NCBI GenBank assembly: GCA_036386845.1
Contig: DASVUW010000348.1
Location: forward strand, 1-49,979
DNA from: Allosphingosinicella sp.
Lineage (GTDB): Bacteria > Pseudomonadota > Alphaproteobacteria > Sphingomonadales > Sphingomonadaceae
DNA length: 49,979 bases
Reading direction: 5' to 3'
Positions 19,387-29,466 of the stretch are shown in pieces. The notes beneath the pieces are model-generated. The model worked only from the letters and a program-made list of their open reading frames with translations, did not search any database and was not told where the DNA came from. A program made the position numbers and the translations under genes. Positions within the stretch are counted from its first letter, which is position 1, and every line of letters begins with the position of its first letter.

Positions 19387-20624
19387 AGCGGTTGATCCCC
19401 TTTCTCCTCGCCACGGGTTTGGCTAGCCCGGCGCTGGCCCAGCATACGGGGCACGGGGCGCCGGCGGCAAATCAGGCGTCTGCCTCGCCGGCACCGGCGG
19501 CGACATGCACGCCCGAGCACGCGGCGATGGGCCACTGCAAGGTGCCTACTCCGGCTCCGGCTGCGACTCCGGCTCCGGCCGCGACACCAGCGCAGACATG
19601 TTCGCCTGAGCATGCTGCGATGGGCCACTGCAAGGTGCCCGCTGCGGCTCCCGCCCCCGCGCCCGCTCCTACTCCGGCGCCAGCCCAGGCTTGCTCGCCC
19701 GAGCACGCTGCTTTGGGCCATTGCACCCTGCCATCGCCTGCGCCCGCGGCTGCGCCAGCGTCGACCTGCTCGCCTGAGCATGCGGCCATGGGTCATTGCA
19801 GGCTGCCTACCGGGCCCGCGCCTGCGGCCTCCGATCCCCATGCGGGCCACGCGACGGGCGAGCAGATGCCCGATCCTCCGGTCACGCCCACGCCGCCTGG
19901 CGCGCTTTCAGGCCCGGCCCATGCCGCCGACGCGGTCTTCGGCCGCGAGTCGATGGCCGAGGCGCGTGAAGAGCTTCGCCGGGAGCATGGTTCGATCGTC
20001 ACCTCGAAGGTGATGCTCGACCAGGTCGAGGCGCGGATCAGGAAGGGTCGCGACGGCTACCTGGTCGAAGGCGAGGCCTGGTATGGCGGCGACATCAACA
20101 AGCTCTGGGTGAAGACCGAGCTGGAGGGCGAGTTCGGCCGCAGCCCGGAGCATGCCGAGGTCCAGGCGCTCTGGAGCCGGGCCATCAACCCGTGGTGGAA
20201 TCTGCAGGCGGGCGTTCGCTACGATGTCCGGCCGGATCCGGAGCGTGCGCACCTGGTGCTGGGGATAGAGGGGCTTGCTCCCTACTGGTTCGAGATCGAT
20301 GCCGCGGCGTTCATCTCGCACAAGGGCGACGTCACGGCCCGCTTCGAGGCCGAGTACGACCAGCGGCTGACCCAGAAACTCATCCTCCAGCCGCGGATCG
20401 AGTTCGACCTCGCCGCCCAGGACATCCCGGAGCTCGGCATCGGCTCGGGCCTCTCCACTGCCGAGCTCGGCCTTCGCCTCCGCTACGAGATCGTGCCCGA
20501 GATCGCTCCCTATGTCGGCGTCGCTTACGAGCGCGCCTTCGGGAACACCGCCGACTTCCGGCGCGCGGCCGGCGACCGGGCCGGAGGCTTGAACTTCCTG
20601 GTGGGAGTGAGGGCATGGTTCTGA
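19383..20624 (+). CDS. copB: Copper resistance outer-membrane protein B
   Basis: ATGA overlap with copA; signal peptide; WYGGDINKLWVK, GIEGLAPYWFE, GLRLRYEI, GVRAWF terminus. Confidence 0.93.
   Translation: MKRLIPFLLATGLASPALAQHTGHGAPAANQASASPAPAATCTPEHAAMGHCKVPTPAPAATPAPAATPAQTCSPEHAAMGHCKVPAAAPAPAPAPTPAPAQACSPEHAALGHCTLPSPAPAAAPASTCSPEHAAMGHCRLPTGPAPAASDPHAGHATGEQMPDPPVTPTPPGALSGPAHAADAVFGRESMAEAREELRREHGSIVTSKVMLDQVEARIRKGRDGYLVEGEAWYGGDINKLWVKTELEGEFGRSPEHAEVQALWSRAINPWWNLQAGVRYDVRPDPERAHLVLGIEGLAPYWFEIDAAAFISHKGDVTARFEAEYDQRLTQKLILQPRIEFDLAAQDIPELGIGSGLSTAELGLRLRYEIVPEIAPYVGVAYERAFGNTADFRRAAGDRAGGLNFLVGVRAWF
19506..19800 (+). repeat. Four intragenic repeats encoding C(T/S)PEHAA(M/L)GHC in CopB
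   Basis: CTPEHAAMGHC, CSPEHAAMGHC, CSPEHAALGHC, CSPEHAAMGHC separated by Pro/Ala linkers. Confidence 0.9.
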
Positions 20625-21259
20625 CCCGCCTGGCGGCGCTGATCGTGCTCTGGGTGGCCGCCCTCGCCCTCGGCGTGTCGCCGGCCGGCGCTCACAAGAA
20701 GGAGAGGCATGCTCCCCCGGCGGCGGCCCAGCAGGGGTCGGTTCCGGGGACTGCAGTGGCGACAGACGCTCCCATGGCCGGGCACGACATGAGCAGCATG
20801 ATGGAGAAGATGGAAGAGGACCGCGCCGGAATGTCGACGCTGGAGCGGTTCGGCGACTGGCTGGGCCGGCTGCATCCGATCGTCATCCACTTCCCGCTCG
20901 CGTTCTTCCCGGCCGCCTTGTTCACCGCGATTGTCGGCCGAAGGAGACCCGCCTTTGCCGCGCCGGTCCAGTTTCTGGTCGTGGCGGGCGGGATCATCGC
21001 TCCGATCGCAATGGTGCTCGGCTGGCTCACGGGCGGCTTGACCCTGACGGACACGGACCCGTTGCTTCGAGTCCACCGCTGGCTCGGGACCGCCATTGGC
21101 CTATCCGGGTTCGCACTGGCGATATGGGCCTGGAAGCGGCCCGAGGACGACCGCAGCGCGGGAATGATCGCCGCGCTCGGGGGCATCACGGCCGCGATAA
21201 TCGTCCAAGGATGGTTCGGCGGCGCGCTCGTCCACGGCATCGATCACATGGACTGGTGA
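20615..21259 (+). CDS. DUF2231-like membrane protein
   Basis: LHPIVIHFP, H..LG, GWFGGALVHG motifs; signal peptide and Met-rich segment. Confidence 0.75.
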   Translation: MVLTRLAALIVLWVAALALGVSPAGAHKKERHAPPAAAQQGSVPGTAVATDAPMAGHDMSSMMEKMEEDRAGMSTLERFGDWLGRLHPIVIHFPLAFFPAALFTAIVGRRRPAFAAPVQFLVVAGGIIAPIAMVLGWLTGGLTLTDTDPLLRVHRWLGTAIGLSGFALAIWAWKRPEDDRSAGMIAALGGITAAIIVQGWFGGALVHGIDHMDW

Positions 21260-21290
21260 AATCTGAATTTGAGTTGAGAAGGAGAAAGCG

Positions 21291-21686
21291 ATGAAGACCA
21301 TATCAAAGCTGGGACTGGGCGTTGCCCTGCTGGCGCTGACCGCCGGCTGCGGGAGTGAGGCCCCGTCCCACGACAATCATGCCGCAGCGAATGAGCAGAA
21401 CATCGTCGACAACGGCATGATCGTGGATCCGGAAATCCCGAATGCGGCTGCCCAAGCGAACGTCGCCGCCGCGCCCGAGCCGAAGGTCGAACCCGCGGCC
21501 GCCAACGAGCCGGGAGCGGTGAAGATCGCGCCGGTGCTCCCGGCGCCTCCGAAGGCCCCACCCAAGGCGAAGGCCGACGCGCCGAAGGCAAAGGCCGAGG
21601 TCCCGAAGGCGGTGCCGAAGGCTGAGCCGTCTCCCCCGGCGAAAGCGGAATGCTTGCCTGAGCACCGGGCGGCAGGCCACTGCTGA
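21291..21686 (+). CDS. Pro/Ala/Lys-rich lipoprotein with terminal CLPEHRAAGHC motif
   Basis: Lipobox LTAGC; AAGGAG RBS. Confidence 0.75.
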   Translation: MKTISKLGLGVALLALTAGCGSEAPSHDNHAAANEQNIVDNGMIVDPEIPNAAAQANVAAAPEPKVEPAAANEPGAVKIAPVLPAPPKAPPKAKADAPKAKAEVPKAVPKAEPSPPAKAECLPEHRAAGHC

Positions 21687-21761
21687 TGTTCCAGTGAAGG
21701 GCGGTCCGGGGCCGGAGAGGCGGCCCCGGGCTGCGCTGTGTAGGCGGGCAGGAGCTTCAGG

Positions 21762-22472
21762 TTGGCGATATCGGCATCATTGCTGGCGAGACGGACTCAT
21801 AAGTGGCTGGGGCTCTTTGTCGGGCTACAGGCGCTGATCTGGACCCTGACCGGCCTCTACATGACGGTCGTCCACATCGACATCATCCACGGCGACCACT
21901 TCGTCCGACACGCCGCGACCCGCCCGATCGATCCGGCAAGGCTGATCGACCCGCTCGCGGCGGCGCGATCGGTGCTCGGGGCGGACGGCGTTCGGCTCCA
22001 CTGGCTGCTCGACCGGCCGACCTACATCGTCTCGAGGAAGGGAGGAGCTTCGCTGGTCGACGCGACCACAGGCGAGCGGCTGCCGCCGCCGTCGGCGGCG
22101 CAGATCCGCCGGCTTGCCGATCACTGGTTCACTGGGGACGAGCGGCTGGTCCGGGTCGCGCTCATCGACAAGATCCCCGGCGAGATCAGGTCCAGGAAGC
22201 CGCCTTTGTGGCGGGCAGACTTCGACGGCTGGAACAAGCCGACCCTCTATTTTTCGCCCCAGACGGGGGAGTTGGTGTCGCGCCGGCACGAGCTATGGCG
22301 GATCTTCGACTTCGCCTGGATGCTCCACATCATGGATTATGAGACCCGCGACAACGTGAACAACCCGCTGCTTCGGGTATTCACCTGGGCGGCCGCCCTG
22401 CTGGCGCTCTCCGGCGCCTGGCTGCTCGTCTACAGCTTCCCCCGCCGCCAGCGCAGGAAGGCGCGGTCATGA
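21762..22472 (+). CDS. PepSY-associated TM domain protein
   Basis: RRTHKWLGL, WRIFDFAWMLHIMDY; TTG start. Confidence 0.8.
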   Translation: MAISASLLARRTHKWLGLFVGLQALIWTLTGLYMTVVHIDIIHGDHFVRHAATRPIDPARLIDPLAAARSVLGADGVRLHWLLDRPTYIVSRKGGASLVDATTGERLPPPSAAQIRRLADHWFTGDERLVRVALIDKIPGEIRSRKPPLWRADFDGWNKPTLYFSPQTGELVSRRHELWRIFDFAWMLHIMDYETRDNVNNPLLRVFTWAAALLALSGAWLLVYSFPRRQRRKARS

Positions 22473-23203
22473 GCCTTTCAGCGCCTCTCCTGCGCCGAAT
22501 CCACAAGTGGATCGGCCTCATTCTCGGGCTTCAGTTCGTGATCTGGGCAGTAAGCGGCGCCACGATGGCGCTCCTCGACATGGAGGCTGTCGCAGGGGGC
22601 AAGGCACGCCCTGTGGCGGTCGCGCCGCCGCTGCCGGCGAACGTCTCTGCCTGGCCTCAGGTGCAGCGATCCCTCGCTGAGCAGCCGGTCCAGGCCTTGG
22701 CGGTCCGCCCGCTCCTTGATGCGCAAGTGATAGAGGTGACGACACCCAAGGGCGTCCGCCTATTCAACGCCGGGAATGGCCTTCCGATCGTGATCAACGG
22801 CGCTCTGGCCATGAAAGTGGCTCAGGCAAGCTATCCAGGTGCCGGCAAGGTAGAGCGCGTTGGGCGGCTGGCAGAACTGGAGCTCGCCGTGCGCGAGCAC
22901 AAGCTGCCCATCTGGCGGGTAGATTTCGCGGACGGCGCGAACAGCAGCTTCTACGTCTCAGGTGAAACCGGCAAGCTGCTCGAGCGCCGTAACGACACCT
23001 GGCGGATCTGGGACTTCGCGTGGATGCTTCACAACATGGACTATGTGAACCGCACGAGTTTCAACCACCCCCTGATCGTGACGCTCGCCCTCGGAATAAT
23101 CTGGCTGGCGATCTCGGGCTTCTGGCTCTTGTTCAGGACGAAGTGGAGGCCGGATCTGCGCCGGTTGGGGCGCCTGAGACGGGATCGCATGGCCGACCAG
23201 TGA
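22469..23203 (+). CDS. PepSY-associated TM domain protein (paralog of upstream gene)
   Basis: RRIHKWIGL, WRIWDFAWMLHNMDY; ATGA overlap. Confidence 0.8.
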   Translation: MSLSAPLLRRIHKWIGLILGLQFVIWAVSGATMALLDMEAVAGGKARPVAVAPPLPANVSAWPQVQRSLAEQPVQALAVRPLLDAQVIEVTTPKGVRLFNAGNGLPIVINGALAMKVAQASYPGAGKVERVGRLAELELAVREHKLPIWRVDFADGANSSFYVSGETGKLLERRNDTWRIWDFAWMLHNMDYVNRTSFNHPLIVTLALGIIWLAISGFWLLFRTKWRPDLRRLGRLRRDRMADQ

Positions 23204-23355
23204 ATCGAGCTGCCGTTCAGCGCTGGAGCTGGTCGCTTGAGCCTAATGTCTGGATCTAGTCATTGCGGGCCCGGGTCGCTGGTGACACAGAGCGCGCCGC
23301 CATCTGCCGGCCCTTCAAGTCGTACGGGGGGCGGCCTATTCTTTGGAGAGGGCGC

Positions 23356-23532
23356 ATGACCACGCCGGCCGCAATGCGGGAACGGGCTTCGAACATTCGA
23401 GTGGCCGCGCGTGGATTCACGGACGAGGTTTCCCGCACGCTGCTCGAGCTGGCCGAAGGGCTTGAGACTGAAGCCCAGAGGCTCGAGGCAGAGAAGGCTG
23501 CGGGCGCTGACGGGCAAGCCGCCGCCGGCTAG
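23356..23532 (+). CDS. Small helical hypothetical protein (58 aa)
   Basis: GGAGAGG RBS before ATG; amphipathic sequence MTTPAAMRERA...LLELAEGLETEAQRLE. Confidence 0.45.
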   Translation: MTTPAAMRERASNIRVAARGFTDEVSRTLLELAEGLETEAQRLEAEKAAGADGQAAAG

Positions 23533-23572
23533 ACGCCTGCGAGATGGACGATACCCCGCGCCTCACGGAGAT

Positions 23573-25030
23573 TCACTCAACCCGCTCCGCCACGTTGCTT
23601 CCACCCCCGAAGCTTAACTCCAGCGTCATTGCCCTGGCTGTCGGCGAAGATACGCTCAGGCTCATCTGGCTATCGGGCGAGAAGAGTGTCGTAGCGGTCG
23701 CAGGGAGCAGGTCACGGCCGATATGGCCGTCTCTGGCCCAGTAAAGGCCGCCATCGGGCTTGAGCGAAACGGTGAAACGCTCGGAGGGAAAGTCCTTGAG
23801 GCGATATTTGCCGACAAATCGTAGAGATATTTTTTCCGTAAGGGGGATCGCGGCCTGGACGGGGAATGGTTTCTGGCCTGGCCAGGCATATGCCCGGGCG
23901 ATCGAACGCATCATCTCCTGGACCAGCCAGCCTCCCTCGTCGGCATTCGTCATGATTGCTGCACCCTGACAGGTGTCGGGATACATGATGAACATGGACT
24001 GGTAGCCGGTGGTGTGCCCGGTATGGCTGAATCGACGCGGCTCGCTAGGCTTGCCGAGGTCGACGCCCAGGCCCCAGTCGCCAAGCCCCCTCGTGATCAT
24101 GTGTGCAGCTGCCTCACGGCCGAGCAAGGGGTTGCTCTCGCCTCGAACCGCCCGGGCCAGAGCGACTGCGAATGCCGCGAGATCGCGTGGAGTGGTCCAC
24201 AGGCCCGCCGCCGCCATTTCCGGATAGATGAGCCAGTTGTCCGGCAGCGGTGTCCCATCCGGTCCTACGCCGGCTGCGGCGTGCCTCGCCCGGCCAGGAT
24301 CCATGGGTTGCTGGAAGCTGCTGTTCGTCATCCCCGTCGGCTTAAGCACCAGTCGCTGCATCAGCTGCGGGAAGGCCCGCTTGGTGGTGCCCATCATTAG
24401 CGCCTGCGCCACGACGTAGCCGCCACCGGAATACTTCCACTGGGCTCCGGGGGCCACCTCGATCCGGATGGCCCCTGTATTGGCGGGAGCAAGGCCGTTC
24501 AGTGTCTGCTCGAGTATCGGCAAGGGCGCGCCGGGCGCGTACCCCTTCATGCCCGCCACGCCGATGCCTGCGCTATGTCCGAGCAATCCGCGCAGGGTCA
24601 CTGGCTGATCGCTCACCTGAGACTGTTTTGAATCGGCCCAGCTGTGCAGCTGAGGCCTCACGTCGGAATCGAGGCCGAGTTTCCCCCGCTCAACCAGCTT
24701 CAGTGCGCCCACTGCAGTCACTGTCTTGCTGATCGATCCAGCCTGGAAGAGAGTGTCGGGAACTACGGGAGGCCCATTCACCGCGGTTCTGCCAAATCCC
24801 CTTACGTCGACGATCCGGCAATTTTCTATGACCGCGACACTGATGCCGGGGACACGATAATGGGCCATTCTCTCTTTGAGCGTGAATCGCTCGGGGGCCC
24901 CGGGGACCGAGATGCTCCGGATCAGGCCCAGCTCTATGGGCTTGGGTGAGGCGGCGGGCGCTGCCAGGGCCGGCCCGCCATGCAGCAAGGAGATCCAGGC
25001 CGCCATGGCGACAGGGGGTCTCATTCGCAT
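23573..25030 (-). CDS. Serine hydrolase, beta-lactamase class C-related family
   Basis: FQAGSISK (SxxK), YSGGGY, HTG; signal peptide; start overlaps dmeF stop. Confidence 0.88.
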   Translation of the reverse strand: MRMRPPVAMAAWISLLHGGPALAAPAASPKPIELGLIRSISVPGAPERFTLKERMAHYRVPGISVAVIENCRIVDVRGFGRTAVNGPPVVPDTLFQAGSISKTVTAVGALKLVERGKLGLDSDVRPQLHSWADSKQSQVSDQPVTLRGLLGHSAGIGVAGMKGYAPGAPLPILEQTLNGLAPANTGAIRIEVAPGAQWKYSGGGYVVAQALMMGTTKRAFPQLMQRLVLKPTGMTNSSFQQPMDPGRARHAAAGVGPDGTPLPDNWLIYPEMAAAGLWTTPRDLAAFAVALARAVRGESNPLLGREAAAHMITRGLGDWGLGVDLGKPSEPRRFSHTGHTTGYQSMFIMYPDTCQGAAIMTNADEGGWLVQEMMRSIARAYAWPGQKPFPVQAAIPLTEKISLRFVGKYRLKDFPSERFTVSLKPDGGLYWARDGHIGRDLLPATATTLFSPDSQMSLSVSSPTARAMTLELSFGGGSNVAERVE

Positions 25031-25968
25031 GTCCGTCCGTCCTCTCTCATGCGATGAATCCTCTCGGAGTCGTGCACCTCCACGGTAAGATGGCACAAGG
25101 CTGAAAGGTGCAGGAGGCGTGCCTTGTATTCGCCCGAGGTACAGGGCCGCTCGGTCAGCACCGAAAGAATGGCTGCATGATGGCCAGGCCCGACCCGCCA
25201 GACATGAAGATCGAGAACGCGATCGCCGTCCTTTTCTACTGCGGCGCGCACCTGACCGCTGAGGTCCGCCCTGGAAGCATCCAGCAGAACCGCGCCTGAG
25301 TCCTTCATCAGGCCGATGGACCAGCGGCCGATCACGATCGCGCCGACTAATCCGACTGCCGGATCGAGCCACGTCCATCCGTAGAAGGCGCCGGCGAGCA
25401 ATGCGGCGATGGCGAGAACCGACGTCAGGGCGTCGGCCAGGACGTGGAGGTAGGCGCCGCGCAGATTGTGGTCGTGGTGATGGTGCGAGGCACCGTGCTC
25501 GTGACTGTGTTCCGTAGGGTGGAGCAGCCAGGCGCTGACGAGGTTCACCAAGAGGCCGGCAATGGCTACCGCCGTGGCCTCGGAATAGTCGACGGCCGTA
25601 GGCGCGGCCAATCGCTCGAGGCTCTCCCAGCCGATAAGCAGCGCAACGGTCGCTAAGATGACGGCACTCGCGAAGGCGGCGAGGTCGCCGACCTTCCCGG
25701 TTCCGAACGCGAAGCGCGGATTGTTCGCGTTCCGCCTGGCGTAGGCATAGGCTGCTCCGGCGAGGGTAAGCGCGCCGGCGTGGGTCGCCATGTGCAGCCC
25801 GTCGGCGAGGAGCGCCATTGAGCCGAAGGCGAGGCCGGCGCCCACCTCCGCGACCATGGCGACGAGGGTGACCCCGACGACGATCCAGGTGCGCCGTTCG
25901 TGGCCTTGGGCATTCTGGCCTAGAAAGACGTGGTCGTGGTGCCAGGGGCCCGCTGAGTGCGAGTGCAT
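25021..25968 (-). CDS. dmeF: CDF-family Co/Ni efflux transporter
   Basis: HDHVFLG, GSMALLADGLHMATH, His-rich loop, DHNLRGAYLHVLADALTS. Confidence 0.9.
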   Translation of the reverse strand: MHSHSAGPWHHDHVFLGQNAQGHERRTWIVVGVTLVAMVAEVGAGLAFGSMALLADGLHMATHAGALTLAGAAYAYARRNANNPRFAFGTGKVGDLAAFASAVILATVALLIGWESLERLAAPTAVDYSEATAVAIAGLLVNLVSAWLLHPTEHSHEHGASHHHHDHNLRGAYLHVLADALTSVLAIAALLAGAFYGWTWLDPAVGLVGAIVIGRWSIGLMKDSGAVLLDASRADLSGQVRAAVEKDGDRVLDLHVWRVGPGHHAAILSVLTERPCTSGEYKARLLHLSALCHLTVEVHDSERIHRMREDGRTCE

Positions 25969-26043
25969 TGGCGATGCTCCTTGGGAGGGCGTTTCATGTG
26001 TCGGGCGAGGGCCGGCGCTGGGCCACCGGCCCTCTCGAACCGG

Positions 26044-26247
26044 TCAGGCCGGCTCGCGTTCGACCTTGTAGCCGGCATCCTCGATCGCGGTGGCGATCGC
26101 TGCAGCGTCGGCTCCCGACTCGATGTCGACCAGCTTGGTCTCGAGGTCGATCTCGACCTTGGCGTCCGGATCGACCCTGTGGACCGCATTCGTCACGGCC
26201 CGGGTGCATGGACCGCAGCTCATTCCTCGAACGGTAAGTTGCAACAT
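26044..26247 (-). CDS. copZ: Heavy-metal chaperone (HMA domain)
   Basis: GMSCGPC, IEDAGY; 67 aa. Confidence 0.85.
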   Translation of the reverse strand: MLQLTVRGMSCGPCTRAVTNAVHRVDPDAKVEIDLETKLVDIESGADAAAIATAIEDAGYKVEREPA

Positions 26248-26279
26248 GTTCGTACTCCAATTCAGGTTGCGAGAACGAT

Positions 26280-26310
26280 CATGTCGGATTTGACACAGTG
26301 TAAGGGTCAA
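26280..26310 (-). promoter_or_regulatory. MerR/CueR-type promoter for copZ-dmeF
   Basis: On minus strand TTGACC, 19-bp spacer CTTACACTGTGTCAAATCC, then GACATG. Confidence 0.7.
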
Positions 26311-26365
26311 GAGGGCGACGAAAAAGTTTTGTGAGTGGGCAGATTCCACCTCACGATTTGGCCCC

Positions 26366-26396
26366 TTGACCCTCTCATGATGTCAAGCACCAGATG
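26366..26396 (+). promoter_or_regulatory. MerR/CueR-type promoter for the second Cu-ATPase
   Basis: TTGACC, 19-bp spacer CTCTCATGATGTCAAGCAC, then CAGATG; same layout as the 13914 site. Confidence 0.7.
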
Positions 26397-26426
26397 TGCT
26401 GTCGACTCATTGCGAGGAGACGCAAA

Positions 26427-28874
26427 ATGGACTTGGCAACACTGGAACGAGGGACTTCGGGCGAGGCGGGTAACACACTCGAGATCCCGATCGAGGGCAT
26501 GACCTGCGCCTCGTGCGTGGGCCGAGTGGAGAAGGCTATAAGCGCTGTTCCAGGGGTGAGCGGTGTTTCGGTCAATCTCGCGACGGAGAGGGCCTCGGTG
26601 AGCTTCGGCGGCGGCCGCGCCGACGCCGGCGCGGTCGCTGAGGCGATATTCAAGGCTGGCTATGTGCCAGGCCGCCAGACGACCAAGCTTTCGATTGAAG
26701 GGATGACCTGCGCTTCCTGCGTCGGCCGGGTTGAGAAGGCGCTTGGTGCCGTTCCCGGAGTGCAGAAGGCGCAAGTGAATCTCGCGACCGAAACGGCGCA
26801 GATCGAGGCGATTGCGACCGTGAGGCCCGCGGATCTCATCGCCGCCGTCGAAAAGGCTGGCTATTCGTCCAGCCTGCGGCTGCCGTCGGCTGCCGCCAGG
26901 TCCGGGGAAGAGGAGGCGAAGCGCGACGCCGCGAGTAGCCGCGACCTCTATCACGTTCTCATCGCCGCGGCCCTTTCGATACCGCTGGTCGCGCCGATGC
27001 TGCTCTCTCCGTTCGGCATTGAGCTCGCCATCCCGGGCTGGCTGCAGCTGCTGCTCGCCACTCCGGTCCAGTTCTGGCTGGGCGCACGCTTTTATCGGGC
27101 CGGGTGGAAAGCGGCGCGGGCCGGAGCCGGCAATATGGACCTGCTCGTCGCGATCGGCACGTCGGCGGCGTACGGCATGAGCATCTATCAGCTGCTTCAG
27201 CCGGCGCACCATGGGGCGATGCAGCATTATTATTTCGAGGCTTCGGCGATGGTCGTCACGCTCGTCCTTCTGGGCAAGTGGCTGGAAGGCCGCGCCAAGC
27301 GGCAGACGGGCGCGGCGATCAGGGCTCTGATGGCGCTTCGGCCGGAGCGGGCCCGCCTGGTGAAGAACGGCGCCGAAACCGAGGTTCCGGTCGAGCAGGT
27401 TGGGGTCGGCGATCTGGTGCGCGTCCGGCCGGGGGAACGCATCCCGGTCGACGGTGAGCTCATCGAGGGCATGACCAGCGTCGATGAGTCCATGCTTACC
27501 GGCGAGAGTCTGCCCGTTCGCAAAGGCGTCGGCGACAAGCTCACCGGTGGCTCCATCAACGGCGAAGGCCTGGTTCTGATCGAAACGACTGCGGTAGGCG
27601 CGGAAACGACGCTGGCCCGGATCGTCCGCTTGGTGGAGAATGCCCAGGGCGCCAAGGCTCCGATCCAGCGTCTGGTCGACAAGGTCAGCGCGGTGTTCGT
27701 TCCCGTCGTCCTCGGCATCGCGGCGTTGACCTTCGCGGGCTGGCTGGTCGCGGGCGCAGGTGTCGAGGTGGCGATCCTCAACGCGGTGGCGGTGATGGTG
27801 ATCGCCTGCCCCTGCGCCTTGGGCCTGGCCACGCCGACCGCGATCATGGCCGGTACCGGGGTCGCTGCCCGAGCCGGAGTGCTGATCAAGGATGCGGAGG
27901 CGCTGGAGACGGCGCACCGCATCGATACCGTGGCCTTCGACAAGACCGGCACTCTGACCGAGGGTAAGCCGTCGCTCATCGGCCTGGTGCCGACCGAGGG
28001 CATCGATGCTGGACGGCTTCTTCAGATCGCGGCCGGTCTCCAGAGCGGAAGCGAGCATCCGCTCGCCAAGGCGGTCATGGCGGCCGCGGCGGCCCAGGAC
28101 GTTCGCCCGCTTCAAGTCCGGGACATGCAGGCTCTGCCGGGCCGCGGAGTTTCTGCCACTTTTGAGGACTGGCGGCTGGTTCTGGGTAGCTCCCGTCTGA
28201 TGGAGGAGGAGGGTATCGACGTCTCCTCGCTGGCGGAGGCGGCGGACGCGTTCGAAAAGCAGGGCCGTTCCGTGTCGTGGATCGCCGAACTGATGCCGAG
28301 TGCCGGGCTCCTCGGCCTGGTTGCCTTCGGTGACGAGGTAAAGGTAGCAAGCAAGGAGGCGGTCGAGGCGCTCCATCGCCGGGGTATCCGCACCGTCATG
28401 CTGACCGGCGACAATCTCGGCAGCGCCAATGTGGCGGCCACGACGCTCGGCATCGACCATGTCGTCGCCAATGTCCTTCCCGAAGGGAAGGCTGAGGCAG
28501 TGGCCGCCCTGAAGGACGGTGGTCGCACGGTTGCGATGGTGGGAGATGGGGTGAACGATGCGCCGGCGCTGGCCGCGGCCGACGTTGGTATCGCGATGTC
28601 GACCGGGACCGACGTGGCGATGCATGCGGCTGGGATCACGCTGATGAGGGGCGATCCGCGTCTGGTCGCCGACGCCATCGACATCTCCCGCCGTACCTAT
28701 TCGAAGATCCGGCAGGGACTGTTCTGGGCGTTTATCTATAACGTCGTTGGAGTGCCCCTAGCGGCGCTGGGATATCTCAGCCCCGTGCTCGCGGGAGGCG
28801 CGATGGCGCTCTCGAGCGTGAGCGTGGTGGCCAATGCGCTCATGCTTCGGCGCTGGCGCCCTTCGGCAGCTTGA
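26427..28874 (+). CDS. Cu(I)-translocating P1B-1 ATPase with two HMA domains (CopA/ActP-like)
   Basis: Two GMTCASC, TGES, CPC, DKTGT, SEHP, YN, MALSS; GAGGAG RBS. Confidence 0.96.
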   Translation: MDLATLERGTSGEAGNTLEIPIEGMTCASCVGRVEKAISAVPGVSGVSVNLATERASVSFGGGRADAGAVAEAIFKAGYVPGRQTTKLSIEGMTCASCVGRVEKALGAVPGVQKAQVNLATETAQIEAIATVRPADLIAAVEKAGYSSSLRLPSAAARSGEEEAKRDAASSRDLYHVLIAAALSIPLVAPMLLSPFGIELAIPGWLQLLLATPVQFWLGARFYRAGWKAARAGAGNMDLLVAIGTSAAYGMSIYQLLQPAHHGAMQHYYFEASAMVVTLVLLGKWLEGRAKRQTGAAIRALMALRPERARLVKNGAETEVPVEQVGVGDLVRVRPGERIPVDGELIEGMTSVDESMLTGESLPVRKGVGDKLTGGSINGEGLVLIETTAVGAETTLARIVRLVENAQGAKAPIQRLVDKVSAVFVPVVLGIAALTFAGWLVAGAGVEVAILNAVAVMVIACPCALGLATPTAIMAGTGVAARAGVLIKDAEALETAHRIDTVAFDKTGTLTEGKPSLIGLVPTEGIDAGRLLQIAAGLQSGSEHPLAKAVMAAAAAQDVRPLQVRDMQALPGRGVSATFEDWRLVLGSSRLMEEEGIDVSSLAEAADAFEKQGRSVSWIAELMPSAGLLGLVAFGDEVKVASKEAVEALHRRGIRTVMLTGDNLGSANVAATTLGIDHVVANVLPEGKAEAVAALKDGGRTVAMVGDGVNDAPALAAADVGIAMSTGTDVAMHAAGITLMRGDPRLVADAIDISRRTYSKIRQGLFWAFIYNVVGVPLAALGYLSPVLAGGAMALSSVSVVANALMLRRWRPSAA

Positions 28875-28944
28875 ATGCGGATTCGTGGACGCCCGCAAAC
28901 GGTCGGGCGGCCATCGATCGCACCTGCCTAGAAAGTGACTGGCG

Positions 28945-29080
28945 GCGAATTCCTCGCGCGTGGTGCCGGTGGTCCCGCTGGTGGTGATCACGCCTTTGAT
29001 CCGGGTGTTGGTGTAGCCGGCTTCGCCGTGGGCCAGCACCCGCTCGCCGAGCTTGGAGCCGAGCCGCGCGAGATCTCCAC
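28945..29080 (-). pseudogene. Possible fragment of an outer-membrane beta-barrel (porin-like) gene
   Basis: Reads DLARLGSKLGERVLAHGEAGYTNTRIK, similar to the RLG...L.Y.K.GYTN.R strand pattern of alphaproteobacterial Omp proteins; no intact start. Confidence 0.35.
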
Positions 29081-29466
29081 CTCTCGCCCCGTGCTGCAGG
29101 GTCCGGCATGAACTCGCGTTTTCTTGGCGGCCATCTGGAACGGTTTTCAGAGTGGCTCGCAGCGAGTGGCGACGTCTGCGGCGCTTGTGTTTCTCCTGCG
29201 GAAATGGCTTATTCGCCGGGCCTGCCGTTCGCGGCGGGCCGAGGCGTGGAAACCTCGCAACTAGGAGTCGGCAGTCGGCACCCGGTTCGAAGGTCCCTTG
29301 ATGGACCTGCGACCGGATGGCGGCCGCGTATGTCCAAGGCTTCGGCCTAAAGGCGTCCGCGCCTGTCTAGTTGCAGGTTTCCAACATCCGGTTCTCGGGC
29401 CGGCATCGCCTCGATCCAGAGGCGATGCCGCCGGCTTTTCGCCGTTCGGCGATGAAGGGGACCGTG

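Noticed and set aside
19506-19800. Regularly spaced DNA repeats as a CRISPR array
   Set aside because: They are in-frame coding repeats of CopB with synonymous variation and low-complexity Pro/Ala linkers
23573-25030. Bona fide antibiotic-resistance beta-lactamase
   Set aside because: YSG rather than YxN and HTG rather than KTG fit the broad esterase/peptidase serine-hydrolase family; resistance cannot be claimed
26307-28625. 772-aa minus-strand ORF (and similar ORFs opposite the first ATPase)
   Set aside because: Antisense shadows of the P-type ATPases; no motifs
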